The notes under the pieces are model-generated. The model was not told the origin of the DNA. It saw nothing but the letters and a program-made list of their open reading frames with translations, and did not search any database. DNA of 64,000 nucleotides from Bacteroidales bacterium (GTDB taxonomy: Bacteria; Bacteroidota; Bacteroidia; Bacteroidales; P3). Location: assembly GCA_016296345.1 (NCBI GenBank), contig JAEDJL010000003.1:4555-68554 (forward strand), in the 5' to 3' direction. Every line of letters begins with the position of its first letter. Position 1 is the first letter of the stretch. A program made the translations under genes and the position numbers. Shown in pieces: positions 36,294 to 44,971 of the stretch.

Positions 36294-38462
36294 TTGAAGA
36301 AAAAAGAGATGAAAAGACTGACAGTTTTTCTTGCAGCCTTGCTTTTTGGCTGCGGTTTGATGGCTCAAGAAATTACGCTTGAAGACATTTGGAAAAATGG
36401 AACGTTTCGTTCCAAAGGCATTGCGGGCATTCGCTCGATGAAAAACGGAGAAAATTATTGCATTTTGACCTCTGAGGGTATCGAAAAGTACTCTTACAAA
36501 GACGGAAAGAAGATTGAAACTATGCTTTCGTTCGATGGCTTGAAGTTCTCGGGCGAAAACGAATATGTATTCGAATATTCGTTCAGCCAAGACGAGAACA
36601 AGGTGCTTTTGGCTACCAATCCGCAGTTCATTTACAGGCGTTCATACACTGCAAACTACTATGTGTATGATTTTTCTGCCAAAACGCTCACCCCTGTTGC
36701 CAAAACTCCGGTACGTCTTGCCGAATTTTCACCAAAGGCAGACCGTGTGGCTTACGTCAAAGACAACAATATATATATGGTAAGCCTTGCCGACATGACA
36801 ACTACCCAAATCACTTCGGACGGAGAGTTTAACAAAATAATATATGGAACAACCGACTGGGTGTATGAGGAAGAATTTGCAATAACAAAGGGATTTTTTT
36901 GGAGCAATGACGGAAGCAAAATTGCATTCTATCGCTTTGACGAAAGCAAAGTAAGAGAATATACAATACCTTACTATGGCGATTTATACCCTCGCCAATA
37001 TACTTACAAATATCCGAAAGCCGGAGAGGCAAATTCGGTTGTCGATGTGATGGTTTATGATTTGGCTTCGGCAACAACTCACACTATCGACCTCGGACCA
37101 AACAAAGATATTTATGTTCCGAGACTTCAATGGACGCTGAACGACGAGGTGTTTATTCACAAGCTCAACAGACATCAAAATCACTACGAGTTGTTCACCG
37201 TAAACTGCAACAACTACAAGTTAAACAAGGTTTACGACGAGCGAAACGAGTGTTACATTGAGCAGGCAGAAGATGTGATTTTCCTAAACGACAAGAAGAA
37301 CTTCATCATTCGCAGCGAGAGAAATGGTTATATGAACCTTTACAAAGTCAATCTCTACACCAAAGAAATTGTTCCTTTGACCGACGGACAATATGATGTG
37401 GATATGGTATGTCATGTCGATGAAAAGAATAACAAAATCTACTATACGGCAGCACAAAGCGAGGCTTACAATCGCGAACTCTTGGTTGTAGATGGCAAAA
37501 AGAAAGTAAGAAAACTTTCGGGCAAGGTTGGAACATACACAGCCGACTTTTCAGCTAACGGAAAGTACTACATATCGTCCTATTCCGACACGGACACACC
37601 CACAATCTACACAATAAACGACAATAACGGCAAAACGCTCGTAACACTCGAAGACAACAAAGACCTGAAAGCCACTTTGGCAAAATATGGTAAGGAACGC
37701 AAAGAATTTGGCAAGTTTACAACCTCCGGCGGAGAGCAGTTGAACTATTGGATGATAAAACCTGCAAAAATGGAAGCAGGAAAGAAGTATCCTCTTTTGA
37801 TGTATGTGTATGGCGGACCTGGCAGTCAGGAAGTTCTCAACTCACAAAGCCGTTCTGCTGACTATATGTGGTTCAGAATGTTGGCACAAAAAGGCTACGT
37901 TATCGCCTGTGTAGATGGACGAGGCACGGGAGCAAGAGGCGAAAAGTTCAAAAAATGCACCTATATGGAGCTTGGAAAATATGAGACCGAAGACCAAATC
38001 GAGGCAGCAAAGTACTTTGGTTCGCTTCCTTTCATAGACAAAGAAAGGATAGGCATCTTTGGTTGGAGCTACGGGGGATATATGTCCACACTCTGCATAA
38101 CCAAGGGAGCGGAATACTTCAAGACTGCAATAGCTGTTGCACCTGTTACAAATTGGAGGTACTATGACAATGTATATACAGAACGTTTCATGCGTACTCC
38201 TCAGGAGAATGCAGACGGATACGACCTAAATTCGCCAATCAATCATGTCGATAAGCTCAAAGGCAACTACCTTCTTATTCATGGCACGGCTGACGACAAT
38301 GTTCACTACCAAAACTCCATGGATTTGATAACTGCCCTCATCAAGGCAAACAAACAATTTGAGCATTTTGCATATCCAAACAAAGACCACGGCATCTATG
38401 GCGGCAACACCCGACTACATCTTTATACTTTGATGACCGACTTTATTCTTCGCAAGTTGTAG
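36294..38462 (+). CDS. Dipeptidyl-peptidase IV (S9B serine peptidase)
   Basis: 722 aa. Signal peptide, an N-terminal DPPIV beta-propeller pattern (DWVYEEEF), and the catalytic GWSYGGY with a C-terminal Asp/His context (HGTADDNVH...DH). Confidence 0.9.
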   Translation: MKKKEMKRLTVFLAALLFGCGLMAQEITLEDIWKNGTFRSKGIAGIRSMKNGENYCILTSEGIEKYSYKDGKKIETMLSFDGLKFSGENEYVFEYSFSQDENKVLLATNPQFIYRRSYTANYYVYDFSAKTLTPVAKTPVRLAEFSPKADRVAYVKDNNIYMVSLADMTTTQITSDGEFNKIIYGTTDWVYEEEFAITKGFFWSNDGSKIAFYRFDESKVREYTIPYYGDLYPRQYTYKYPKAGEANSVVDVMVYDLASATTHTIDLGPNKDIYVPRLQWTLNDEVFIHKLNRHQNHYELFTVNCNNYKLNKVYDERNECYIEQAEDVIFLNDKKNFIIRSERNGYMNLYKVNLYTKEIVPLTDGQYDVDMVCHVDEKNNKIYYTAAQSEAYNRELLVVDGKKKVRKLSGKVGTYTADFSANGKYYISSYSDTDTPTIYTINDNNGKTLVTLEDNKDLKATLAKYGKERKEFGKFTTSGGEQLNYWMIKPAKMEAGKKYPLLMYVYGGPGSQEVLNSQSRSADYMWFRMLAQKGYVIACVDGRGTGARGEKFKKCTYMELGKYETEDQIEAAKYFGSLPFIDKERIGIFGWSYGGYMSTLCITKGAEYFKTAIAVAPVTNWRYYDNVYTERFMRTPQENADGYDLNSPINHVDKLKGNYLLIHGTADDNVHYQNSMDLITALIKANKQFEHFAYPNKDHGIYGGNTRLHLYTLMTDFILRKL

Positions 38463-38486
38463 AAGAATACGACCAACAAAAACAAA

Positions 38487-39815
38487 ATGCACAAAGACCT
38501 TGAAGCATTTGTAAACAAGCAAAACTTGTTTGGAAAAGACGACAGAATTCTCTTGGCACTGAGCGGCGGAGTGGATTCTGTCGTTTTGGCTACTCTGATG
38601 CTTGAATGCGGCTATCATTTTTCGGCAGCTCACTGCAATTTTCACCTGCGTGGCAACGAGAGCATGAGAGACGAAGACTTTGTGAGGGCGTGGGCAAAAG
38701 AGCATGATGTGGAGTTGTTTGTAAAAGACTTCGACACATTTGGCTATATGCAGCAAAAGAAAATCTCTTTGGAAATGGCAGCACGCGAACTTCGCTACTT
38801 GTGGTTTGAAGAGCTGATTACAAGCAAGGGTTTTGACTGTCTTGCAACGGCTCATCATGCAGACGATTCGGCAGAAACCTTTTTTATCAATCTGCTGAGA
38901 GGAACGGGGATTGCAGGTCTGCACGGCATACTGCCAAAGAGCGGAAATATAGTCCGTCCGCTTCTTTTTGCCACTCGCAAACGCATTGCCGAGTTTGCCG
39001 AGCAAAGAAACATTGCCTTTGTTGAGGATTCGACCAACAGCCAGACTAAATTTTTGAGAAACAAAATCCGACATCAACTCTTCCCTTTGCTAAGAGAGAT
39101 TGCCCCTTCGTTTGATGAAACAATCGCAAAAGACATCGAACGCCTCAGAGAAACAGAGATGGTTTACTCTCAAGCTGTCAAGCAGTTACAAAACGAGCTT
39201 TTGAGCGAACAAAACGGCGTTTTAATTCTCCAAATCGCCGATTTATTACGCCAAAAGCCCGAAAGACTTTTGCTGTACGAAATTTTGTCTCAATACGGCT
39301 TCAACGAGAGCAGCTGCAACGACATTCTTTCGACATTAAACGCAGAGTCGGGCAGGCAGTTTGTGAGCAAAACTCACCGCATTGTCAAAGACCGCACCCG
39401 ACTTTTGATAACGCCAATAGAAAGTAGCAATTCAAAACAACAATACCTTATCGCCGAAGACCAAGACTGCATACAAGAACCATTTAATGCCCAAATCCAA
39501 AGCCTGAACGCAAAAGAGCATTTCACAATATGCAGGGAAAGGAACATCGCAATGATAGACAAAGACGCTCTGCACTTCCCTTTGGTTTTGCGACACTGGA
39601 AAGCAGGCGACAAATTCGTCCCCTTGGGAATGAAAAAGCCCAAAAAGCTCAGCGATTTCTTCACTGCCGAAAAGTATTCCCTTGTAGAGAAGCAACAGCA
39701 GTGGCTTTTGTGCAGCAATGATGAAATAGTATGGGTTGCAGGCAGGCGGTTGGACGAGCGATTTAAGGTATCGGACAGCACAAAGAACATATTAAAAATA
39801 CAAATCAATCAATAA
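38487..39815 (+). CDS. tilS: tRNA(Ile)-lysidine synthase
   Basis: 442 aa. PP-loop LALSGGVDSVVL, AHCNFHLRG, ATAHHADD and RPLL are TilS signatures. Confidence 0.9.
   Translation: MHKDLEAFVNKQNLFGKDDRILLALSGGVDSVVLATLMLECGYHFSAAHCNFHLRGNESMRDEDFVRAWAKEHDVELFVKDFDTFGYMQQKKISLEMAARELRYLWFEELITSKGFDCLATAHHADDSAETFFINLLRGTGIAGLHGILPKSGNIVRPLLFATRKRIAEFAEQRNIAFVEDSTNSQTKFLRNKIRHQLFPLLREIAPSFDETIAKDIERLRETEMVYSQAVKQLQNELLSEQNGVLILQIADLLRQKPERLLLYEILSQYGFNESSCNDILSTLNAESGRQFVSKTHRIVKDRTRLLITPIESSNSKQQYLIAEDQDCIQEPFNAQIQSLNAKEHFTICRERNIAMIDKDALHFPLVLRHWKAGDKFVPLGMKKPKKLSDFFTAEKYSLVEKQQQWLLCSNDEIVWVAGRRLDERFKVSDSTKNILKIQINQ
39187..39270. repeat. Four-unit composite repeat embedded in frame inside tilS
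   Basis: Core centres at 39197, 39218, 39239 and 39260 (21-nt spacing). Encodes QNELLSEQNGVLILQIADLLRQKPER. Confidence 0.75.
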
Positions 39816-39849
39816 ACAACAATAGTATCATGAAAAGAGGACTATTTTT

Positions 39850-41061
39850 TTGTTTTCTGCCCTGTTTGTTGCCAACGCAGCAGTGCAAGGTCAGAATTCT
39901 GACATTCAAACCTTTGTTTCACAAATCAATAAAGACAGCTTGCAAGCCAATGTTCAAGCCTTGCAGGACTTCGGAACTCGTTACGCATTCAGCAACAACC
40001 GCCGACAGGTGGCAGAGTACCTTTGCGAGCGTCTGCAATCCTACGGCTTTGAGGCAAAGTTAGATTCCTTTCACTTGGAAATGGAATACCCCTACTCCTC
40101 AGGAATAATGAATGACACATGGCAATATAACGTTGCAGGCAAAAAGCGTGGAGCTTGGGCAAAAGACACAACCGTCCACTTGGGAGCGCACTACGATGCA
40201 GTATCTTTCAAAGAAGGATTTGAAGACTTTATAAACGTTGCACCCGGAGCCGATGACAATGCCTCGGGAGTGGCAGCCCTTTTGGAGATTGCCCGAATTA
40301 CAGCAGCAAACAACCTTCAACCCATAAAAACACTTGTGTTTAACTTCTTTGCTGCCGAAGAACAAGGACTGAAAGGCAGCAACCACACAATAAACAGCAT
40401 ATCCACACCAATGTGGAAAGAAGACATCGTGGCAATGATAAATCTCGATATGGTGGGATACTGCACCACGGAAGCCGACGGAGCAACTGCCAACATAATC
40501 ACCTATTACAACAGCAGCGAACTTACAGATATGGCAGTGGAATTTGCAAACACCTACACCACTCTCACACCCAACACCACAACAGACTACTATATGCAAT
40601 CCGATTCCTATTCCTACAACAGCTATGGGGTAAGGAGTGTATTCCTTTCAGAGTATGAGTTCACGCCTCACTATCACACCGAAAGAGATGTGTTTTCCAC
40701 TTTGAACTTTGACTATTTAGAGCAACTCTCTCGCCTTGCCGCCGCTTTGATGTACGAATGCGGAGTTCACAATGACTATGGCACGGTGTCAATCGGAGAT
40801 ATTATTAAAGCAGAAGACTTTGATGTTACTCTGCTCGGCAATCCTGCACAAGGCACAATCCGCTTCCAAACAAAGGGAGCAAGAGAAGATTGTGATGTTG
40901 TTTTGTACGACTTGGAAGGAAGAAAGATTGCTCAAACCACAGTCGGCAAAGGCGAAAACAACTCCTGCATGGCGATTGAAGGAATAAAGAGCGGAATTTA
41001 CATCTTAAAATTCAGCTGTGGCAATCAGACGATTAGCAAGAAAATAACGATATTGCAGTAA
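39850..41061 (+). CDS. M28-family aminopeptidase with T9SS type A C-terminal sorting domain; its N-terminal signal peptide is split off by a T7 tract
   Basis: M28 metal-ligand context (HLGAHYDAV, APGADDNASGVAALLE, FFAAEEQGL.GS, LDMVG, YHT..D). C-terminus GIYILKFSCGNQTISKKITILQ. This frame has no ATG upstream. ATG 39830 (MKRGLFF...) is in another frame (see finding). Confidence 0.8.
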   Translation: MFSALFVANAAVQGQNSDIQTFVSQINKDSLQANVQALQDFGTRYAFSNNRRQVAEYLCERLQSYGFEAKLDSFHLEMEYPYSSGIMNDTWQYNVAGKKRGAWAKDTTVHLGAHYDAVSFKEGFEDFINVAPGADDNASGVAALLEIARITAANNLQPIKTLVFNFFAAEEQGLKGSNHTINSISTPMWKEDIVAMINLDMVGYCTTEADGATANIITYYNSSELTDMAVEFANTYTTLTPNTTTDYYMQSDSYSYNSYGVRSVFLSEYEFTPHYHTERDVFSTLNFDYLEQLSRLAAALMYECGVHNDYGTVSIGDIIKAEDFDVTLLGNPAQGTIRFQTKGAREDCDVVLYDLEGRKIAQTTVGKGENNSCMAIEGIKSGIYILKFSCGNQTISKKITILQ

Positions 41062-41100
41062 AAAAAGAGCAAAAAATTTTGGTGTTTTTCAAAAAGTTAG

Positions 41101-41108
41101 TACCTTTG
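41101..41108 (+). promoter_or_regulatory. -7 box (TACCTTTG) for the CAT-anticodon tRNA
   Basis: tacctttgcactcgca shares TTTGCACTCGCA with the tRNA-Leu promoter. Confidence 0.6.
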
Positions 41109-41140
41109 CACTCGCATTCGGAACAACGAAACACCGAATT

Positions 41141-41214
41141 GGTCCCATAGCTCAGTTGGTTAGAGCATCTGACTCATAATCAGGGGGTCCTAGGTTCGAG
41201 CCCTAGTGGGACCA
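41141..41214 (+). tRNA. tRNA with CAT anticodon; elongator type, probably tRNA-Ile2 (lysidine), alternatively tRNA-Met
   Basis: Hand-folded: GGTCCCA-TA-GCTC-AGTTGGTTA-GAGC-A-TCTGA-CTCATAA-TCAGG-GGGTC-CTAGG-TTCGAGC-CCTAG-TGGGACC-A. The G1-C72 pair excludes an initiator. C4-G69 and C5-G68 match the TilS identity pairs known from E. coli tRNA-Ile2. Confidence 0.9.
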
Positions 41215-41220
41215 CAAGCA

Positions 41221-41261
41221 AATAGAGGAATTGCGTTCGGCAATTCCTCTATTTATTTTTT
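41221..41261 (+). terminator. Rho-independent terminator after the tRNA
   Basis: AATAGAGGAATTGC (41221-41234) pairs with GCAATTCCTCTATT (41240-41253), followed by TATTTTTT. Confidence 0.8.
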
Positions 41262-41383
41262 CATTTCCCAAAATCAAATCAAAAATTCATAAAACCAAAC
41301 TAATTCGTTTAATAAACTTCGGGGCGGGTTTGATGTGTTCAAACTCCGCCCCGATAAGTCAAAGAGGGGTTGTATTCAAATCA

Positions 41384-42139
41384 TTATAGGAAAAATATCA
41401 AACCACTCTCCACCGTGCCTCCAACTTTTCTTGTTCTCTGAATAAGTGAAGCCGGATTAGACCTTTCATATAAGACCTCTTGTCCGCTATACTTGTAAAA
41501 CAATGACCATTCCAACCTGTGTTTGAACACTTCAAAGCCGAATGATGTTCCCAAATAGAACGTTTCGAAAACCGAATTTTGCTTATTAAGTTGCATTGTT
41601 TCAAAGCGATTGTCGTCCAATATTTCAAAACCGGCAGGTATAATATCGGTGCTTAGAACACAAGCTGCTCCTGCTCCCAAAAAGAAACTCCACTCTGTTT
41701 TTGGTGCAGCGGCAATCGAATAAGACAAAAGCAGCGGAACTTCCAAATAATTAAAGCCTGTCTCACCATTTGATGAATAATAATGCCGAACATCATCAAT
41801 AAACAAGAATGAAAATTCGGGACATCTGTAAGCATAGCTCAACTTTGCCGTAAGAGCAAAGTGCTTTGAAAACCTATATCTGTAATCCAAATCTATGGAA
41901 AAGTAAGTCGATACTCTTGCTGCTGACATTTCAAACATTTCATAGCCGTTTGCCAATATGGAAGATGCCATGTTAATTGCACCGAGCGATGAATTATCGC
42001 TGTCAAACAAGGAGGTGCTTACCCCAATTCCGAAATTGTGTTTCTTAAACTTCAATCCGCCGTTACATTTTTCACTTTGTGCAAAAAGCACTGTACAAGA
42101 GAGCAAAACAACTCCGAGTACCCAAAATTTTTTCTTCAT
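41384..42139 (-). CDS. Outer-membrane beta-barrel protein (hypothetical)
   Basis: 251 aa. Signal peptide (FWVLGVVLLSCTVLFAQ), alternating beta-strand pattern, and C-terminal GLIFFL. Confidence 0.6.
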   Translation of the reverse strand: MKKKFWVLGVVLLSCTVLFAQSEKCNGGLKFKKHNFGIGVSTSLFDSDNSSLGAINMASSILANGYEMFEMSAARVSTYFSIDLDYRYRFSKHFALTAKLSYAYRCPEFSFLFIDDVRHYYSSNGETGFNYLEVPLLLSYSIAAAPKTEWSFFLGAGAACVLSTDIIPAGFEILDDNRFETMQLNKQNSVFETFYLGTSFGFEVFKHRLEWSLFYKYSGQEVLYERSNPASLIQRTRKVGGTVESGLIFFL

Positions 42140-42212
42140 CTCTTAATGTTTTTCTTGTTGTTACAAATTATTTCTTTCTGCATTTACAGTCCACATAATG
42201 CCAAATACCTTG

Positions 42213-42220
42213 CAAAGATA
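42213..42220 (-). promoter_or_regulatory. -7 box (TATCTTTG on minus strand) for the OMP gene
   Basis: Plus strand reads caaagata, about 74 nt upstream of the ATG at 42139. Confidence 0.5.
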
Positions 42221-42244
42221 TAGCTTATTCCGCCAAAAAACAAC

Positions 42245-42261
42245 AAAAAAAAAAAAAAAAA
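42245..42261. repeat. A17 (T17 on the coding strand of neighbouring genes) homopolymer tract
   Basis: 17 consecutive A counted directly. They lie 25-41 nt upstream of the -7 box of the OMP gene. Confidence 0.9.
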
Positions 42262-42281
42262 CGATTTTTTATCAACCTGTC

Positions 42282-42387
42282 AATAAAAATCGGATTTTAA
42301 TCAAATCAAAACGGCATTTTAGCGGAATAGAACGCAGTTTGATTTTGCCAAAACGCCGTTTCAGCATAATAAAAGGGCGTTTTGCAA
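42282..42387. repeat. Degenerate five-unit copy of the composite repeat
   Basis: Core-like centres at 42292, 42314, 42335, 42356 and 42377 (spacings 22, 21, 21, 21). Several cores are mutated. Confidence 0.65.
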
Positions 42388-42487
42388 CTCTTCTCGGCTC
42401 ACAAGAAATAAAAAAGGTCCGAAAACAACCGGACCTTACGAAAACAAATGATCATGAAAACTCCAATATTGTAATTCAATCCAAAGA

Positions 42488-43921
42488 TTACTCGTTGATT
42501 AACTTCTCTATTTCGTCCAAATCTGCCCTGAAACGTTTGTCGGTATCGTAACTGTTTTGAACAGACTTGCAAGCGTGCAGAACGGTTGCGTGATCTTTGT
42601 TGCCACATTTTGAACCTATGGTTGCAAGAGAGTTTTGTGTGTGCTTACGAGAAAGATACATCGAAATATGTCTTGCTGCCACCACATTGCCTTTTCGAGT
42701 TTTTGAAAGCATCAGGCTTATCGGAATGGAGAAATAATCACATACCACTTTTTGTATGTATTCTATCGACATCTCTCTTGAAGAACTCTTGACAAACTTG
42801 TCTATCAGTTCTTTGGCAAGCTCTATTGTGATACCTGATTTGTTGATTGAGCTTTGGAAAAGAAGAGATATTAGCACTCCTTCCAACTCTCTGACGCTTG
42901 TGCTGACGTTGTAGGCAAGGTATTCGATGACATCTTCCGGCACATTGTCAATTCCGTCTTTCAAGAGCTTGCGTTTGATGATTTCTATGCGGGTCGGTGC
43001 GTCCGGCACTTGCAAATCGGCACTCAATCCCCACTTCAAACGCGATATTACACGCTGTTCCAAACCAGAAAGCTCGGCAGGAGACTTATCGGAGGTGATT
43101 ATGAGCTGCTTACCTGCCGAATGTAGTCCGTTAAATATCTGAAAAAACACGTCTTGTGTCCCTTGCTTGTTGGCAAAGAACTGAATATCGTCAATAATCA
43201 GCACATCAATCATCATTTGGTAGAATTGAAGAAAATCGTTTGTCGTTTTGTTCTTCACACTGTCCACATACTGCTGAAAAAACTGCTCTGCACTGATGTA
43301 TAAGACCGTCTTGTCGGGATAACGTTGCTTTGTCTCCAAGCCAATGGCATGAACAAGGTGCGTTTTTCCCAATCCCACATTACCATATATGAAAAGAGGG
43401 TTAAAAGCTGTCTTTCCGGGATTTTGAGCCACCGCATAACCGGCAGAACGTGCCAAACGATTGCAAGCACCCTCTACAAAATTATCAAAGGAGTAGTTCT
43501 CGTCAAGCTGAGAGTTCACTTTGATTTTCTTCAAACCCGGAATGACAAACGGATTTGGGAAACCTTTTACGTCTGTGTCCATATTCATAGGTATTGTGGT
43601 CGATCTGTTTTGTGTGGCTTTCCTGTCGTTTGAAGGAAGTTTGACATCTGCTCCCACAGCCGAGCTGTCAATCACCGTAGAGTAGATGAGCTTGCCTCCT
43701 TCTCCCAATTCCTTCTTGATGGCAGCTCGCAATTCGTTGATGTAATTTGCTTCCAACCACTCACAAAAGAACATACTCGGCACTTTGAGTGTCAATGTGT
43801 CGTCTTGAAGAGCCAACGGCTTCAATGGAACGAACCATGTCTCAAATATGTGCTTGTCGGGCAATATATCCTTTATGAAGTCCAAACAATTTTGCCAAAC
43901 TTGATTACAATCCTTTTGCAT
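42488..43921 (-). CDS. dnaA: Chromosomal replication initiator protein DnaA
   Basis: 477 aa. N-terminal W..CL..I pattern, AAA+ Walker A GNVGLGKTHLVHAIG, IIDDIQF, and C-terminal domain IV (HISMYL.R..T..SL..IG...G.KDHATVLHA). Confidence 0.95.
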   Translation of the reverse strand: MQKDCNQVWQNCLDFIKDILPDKHIFETWFVPLKPLALQDDTLTLKVPSMFFCEWLEANYINELRAAIKKELGEGGKLIYSTVIDSSAVGADVKLPSNDRKATQNRSTTIPMNMDTDVKGFPNPFVIPGLKKIKVNSQLDENYSFDNFVEGACNRLARSAGYAVAQNPGKTAFNPLFIYGNVGLGKTHLVHAIGLETKQRYPDKTVLYISAEQFFQQYVDSVKNKTTNDFLQFYQMMIDVLIIDDIQFFANKQGTQDVFFQIFNGLHSAGKQLIITSDKSPAELSGLEQRVISRLKWGLSADLQVPDAPTRIEIIKRKLLKDGIDNVPEDVIEYLAYNVSTSVRELEGVLISLLFQSSINKSGITIELAKELIDKFVKSSSREMSIEYIQKVVCDYFSIPISLMLSKTRKGNVVAARHISMYLSRKHTQNSLATIGSKCGNKDHATVLHACKSVQNSYDTDKRFRADLDEIEKLINE

Positions 43922-44349
43922 AATTTCAGTTCTACTTTACGGTTCTGTGTTTTAATTTCGTCGTTTCAGTTGCGAAAAAGGAAGTTTGCAGAAACACAGA
44001 AAACACATTCCTACCTTTCCTTTTCACGATTGCAAAGGTACATCTTTTGTTGTGGAAAATATTTATCGATTTTGTTTTGGAAAATTCCGAATTTATTCTT
44101 ATAGCTTCGGCGAGTATTTTTGTCCCTTTTTGGAGATTTTCTTCGCTATCGAGATTTCTACTTTTCTATATGCTTGAATTGCAACTTAAAAACACTTTTT
44201 ACGCAAGTGCAACGAACTCTCATACGAAAATATTCGCAATTAAAAAAATTTTCAAAGGACTTTTTTCAACACGAACCTGCAATTTTTTTGACCAAACTCA
44301 CAATCTGACAATCAGTAACTTGCAAAAATTTTATTGAGCTGAGGAGTAG

Positions 44350-44967
44350 TTATACACTTGCCAAAAATTCAAATTCCACATTTTGCAGCTTGGAAATTTC
44401 TTCCACAAAATTATCTTCGTCTTCTCGGTTTATCAAAATCTCGATTGAGCATTGTGTGTCAAAATTGTGGTTTCTCTGCAAGGCGTCATGGCGTTTCAAA
44501 AGCCCCATGACGGCATTCATTTTCTCATATTGAAAGGTTATTTTGTAGAGTTGTCGAACTTTTTTTTCAACAATCGAAGCCTCTGCAAGGCATACCTCTG
44601 CTGATGCCTTGTAGGCTTTAATCAGTCCGCTCACTCCGAGTTTTGTGCCTCCGAAGTAGCGAACCACCACTACCAAAACATTGGTCAGATTGTTTGAAAG
44701 CAACTGTCCGTAAATCGGTTTGCCTGCCGTCGAAGATGGTTCGCCGTCGTCGCACATTCTGTACTCTTCTTTGTCGAACCCGATGACGTAAGCATAGCAA
44801 TGATGTGTCGCATCGTAATACTTTTTCTTCAATTCGGAAAGGATTTCCTTCACTTGAGAAACACTTTCGACCGGATAGGCAAAGGCAAGGAACTTACTGC
44901 CTTTTTCTTTGTACAATCCCTCGCATGGACTTTCTATTGTAAGGTAGCTGTCTGCCATAACGGACAA
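44350..44967 (-). CDS. yigZ: IMPACT/YigZ family (UPF0029) protein
   Basis: 205 aa. EKGSKFLAFAYPV and ATHHCYAY....D.GEP..TAG.PI are YigZ signatures. Confidence 0.8.
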   Translation of the reverse strand: MSVMADSYLTIESPCEGLYKEKGSKFLAFAYPVESVSQVKEILSELKKKYYDATHHCYAYVIGFDKEEYRMCDDGEPSSTAGKPIYGQLLSNNLTNVLVVVVRYFGGTKLGVSGLIKAYKASAEVCLAEASIVEKKVRQLYKITFQYEKMNAVMGLLKRHDALQRNHNFDTQCSIEILINREDEDNFVEEISKLQNVEFEFLASV

Positions 44968-44971
44968 TCTT

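Noticed and set aside
39830-40063. 77-aa ORF MKRGLFFCFLPCLLPTQQCKV... as an independent gene
   Set aside because: Only its first 7 codons look like real coding sequence (a signal-peptide n-region). The rest is out of frame with the M28 peptidase. It is interpreted as a frameshifted N-terminus (see finding).
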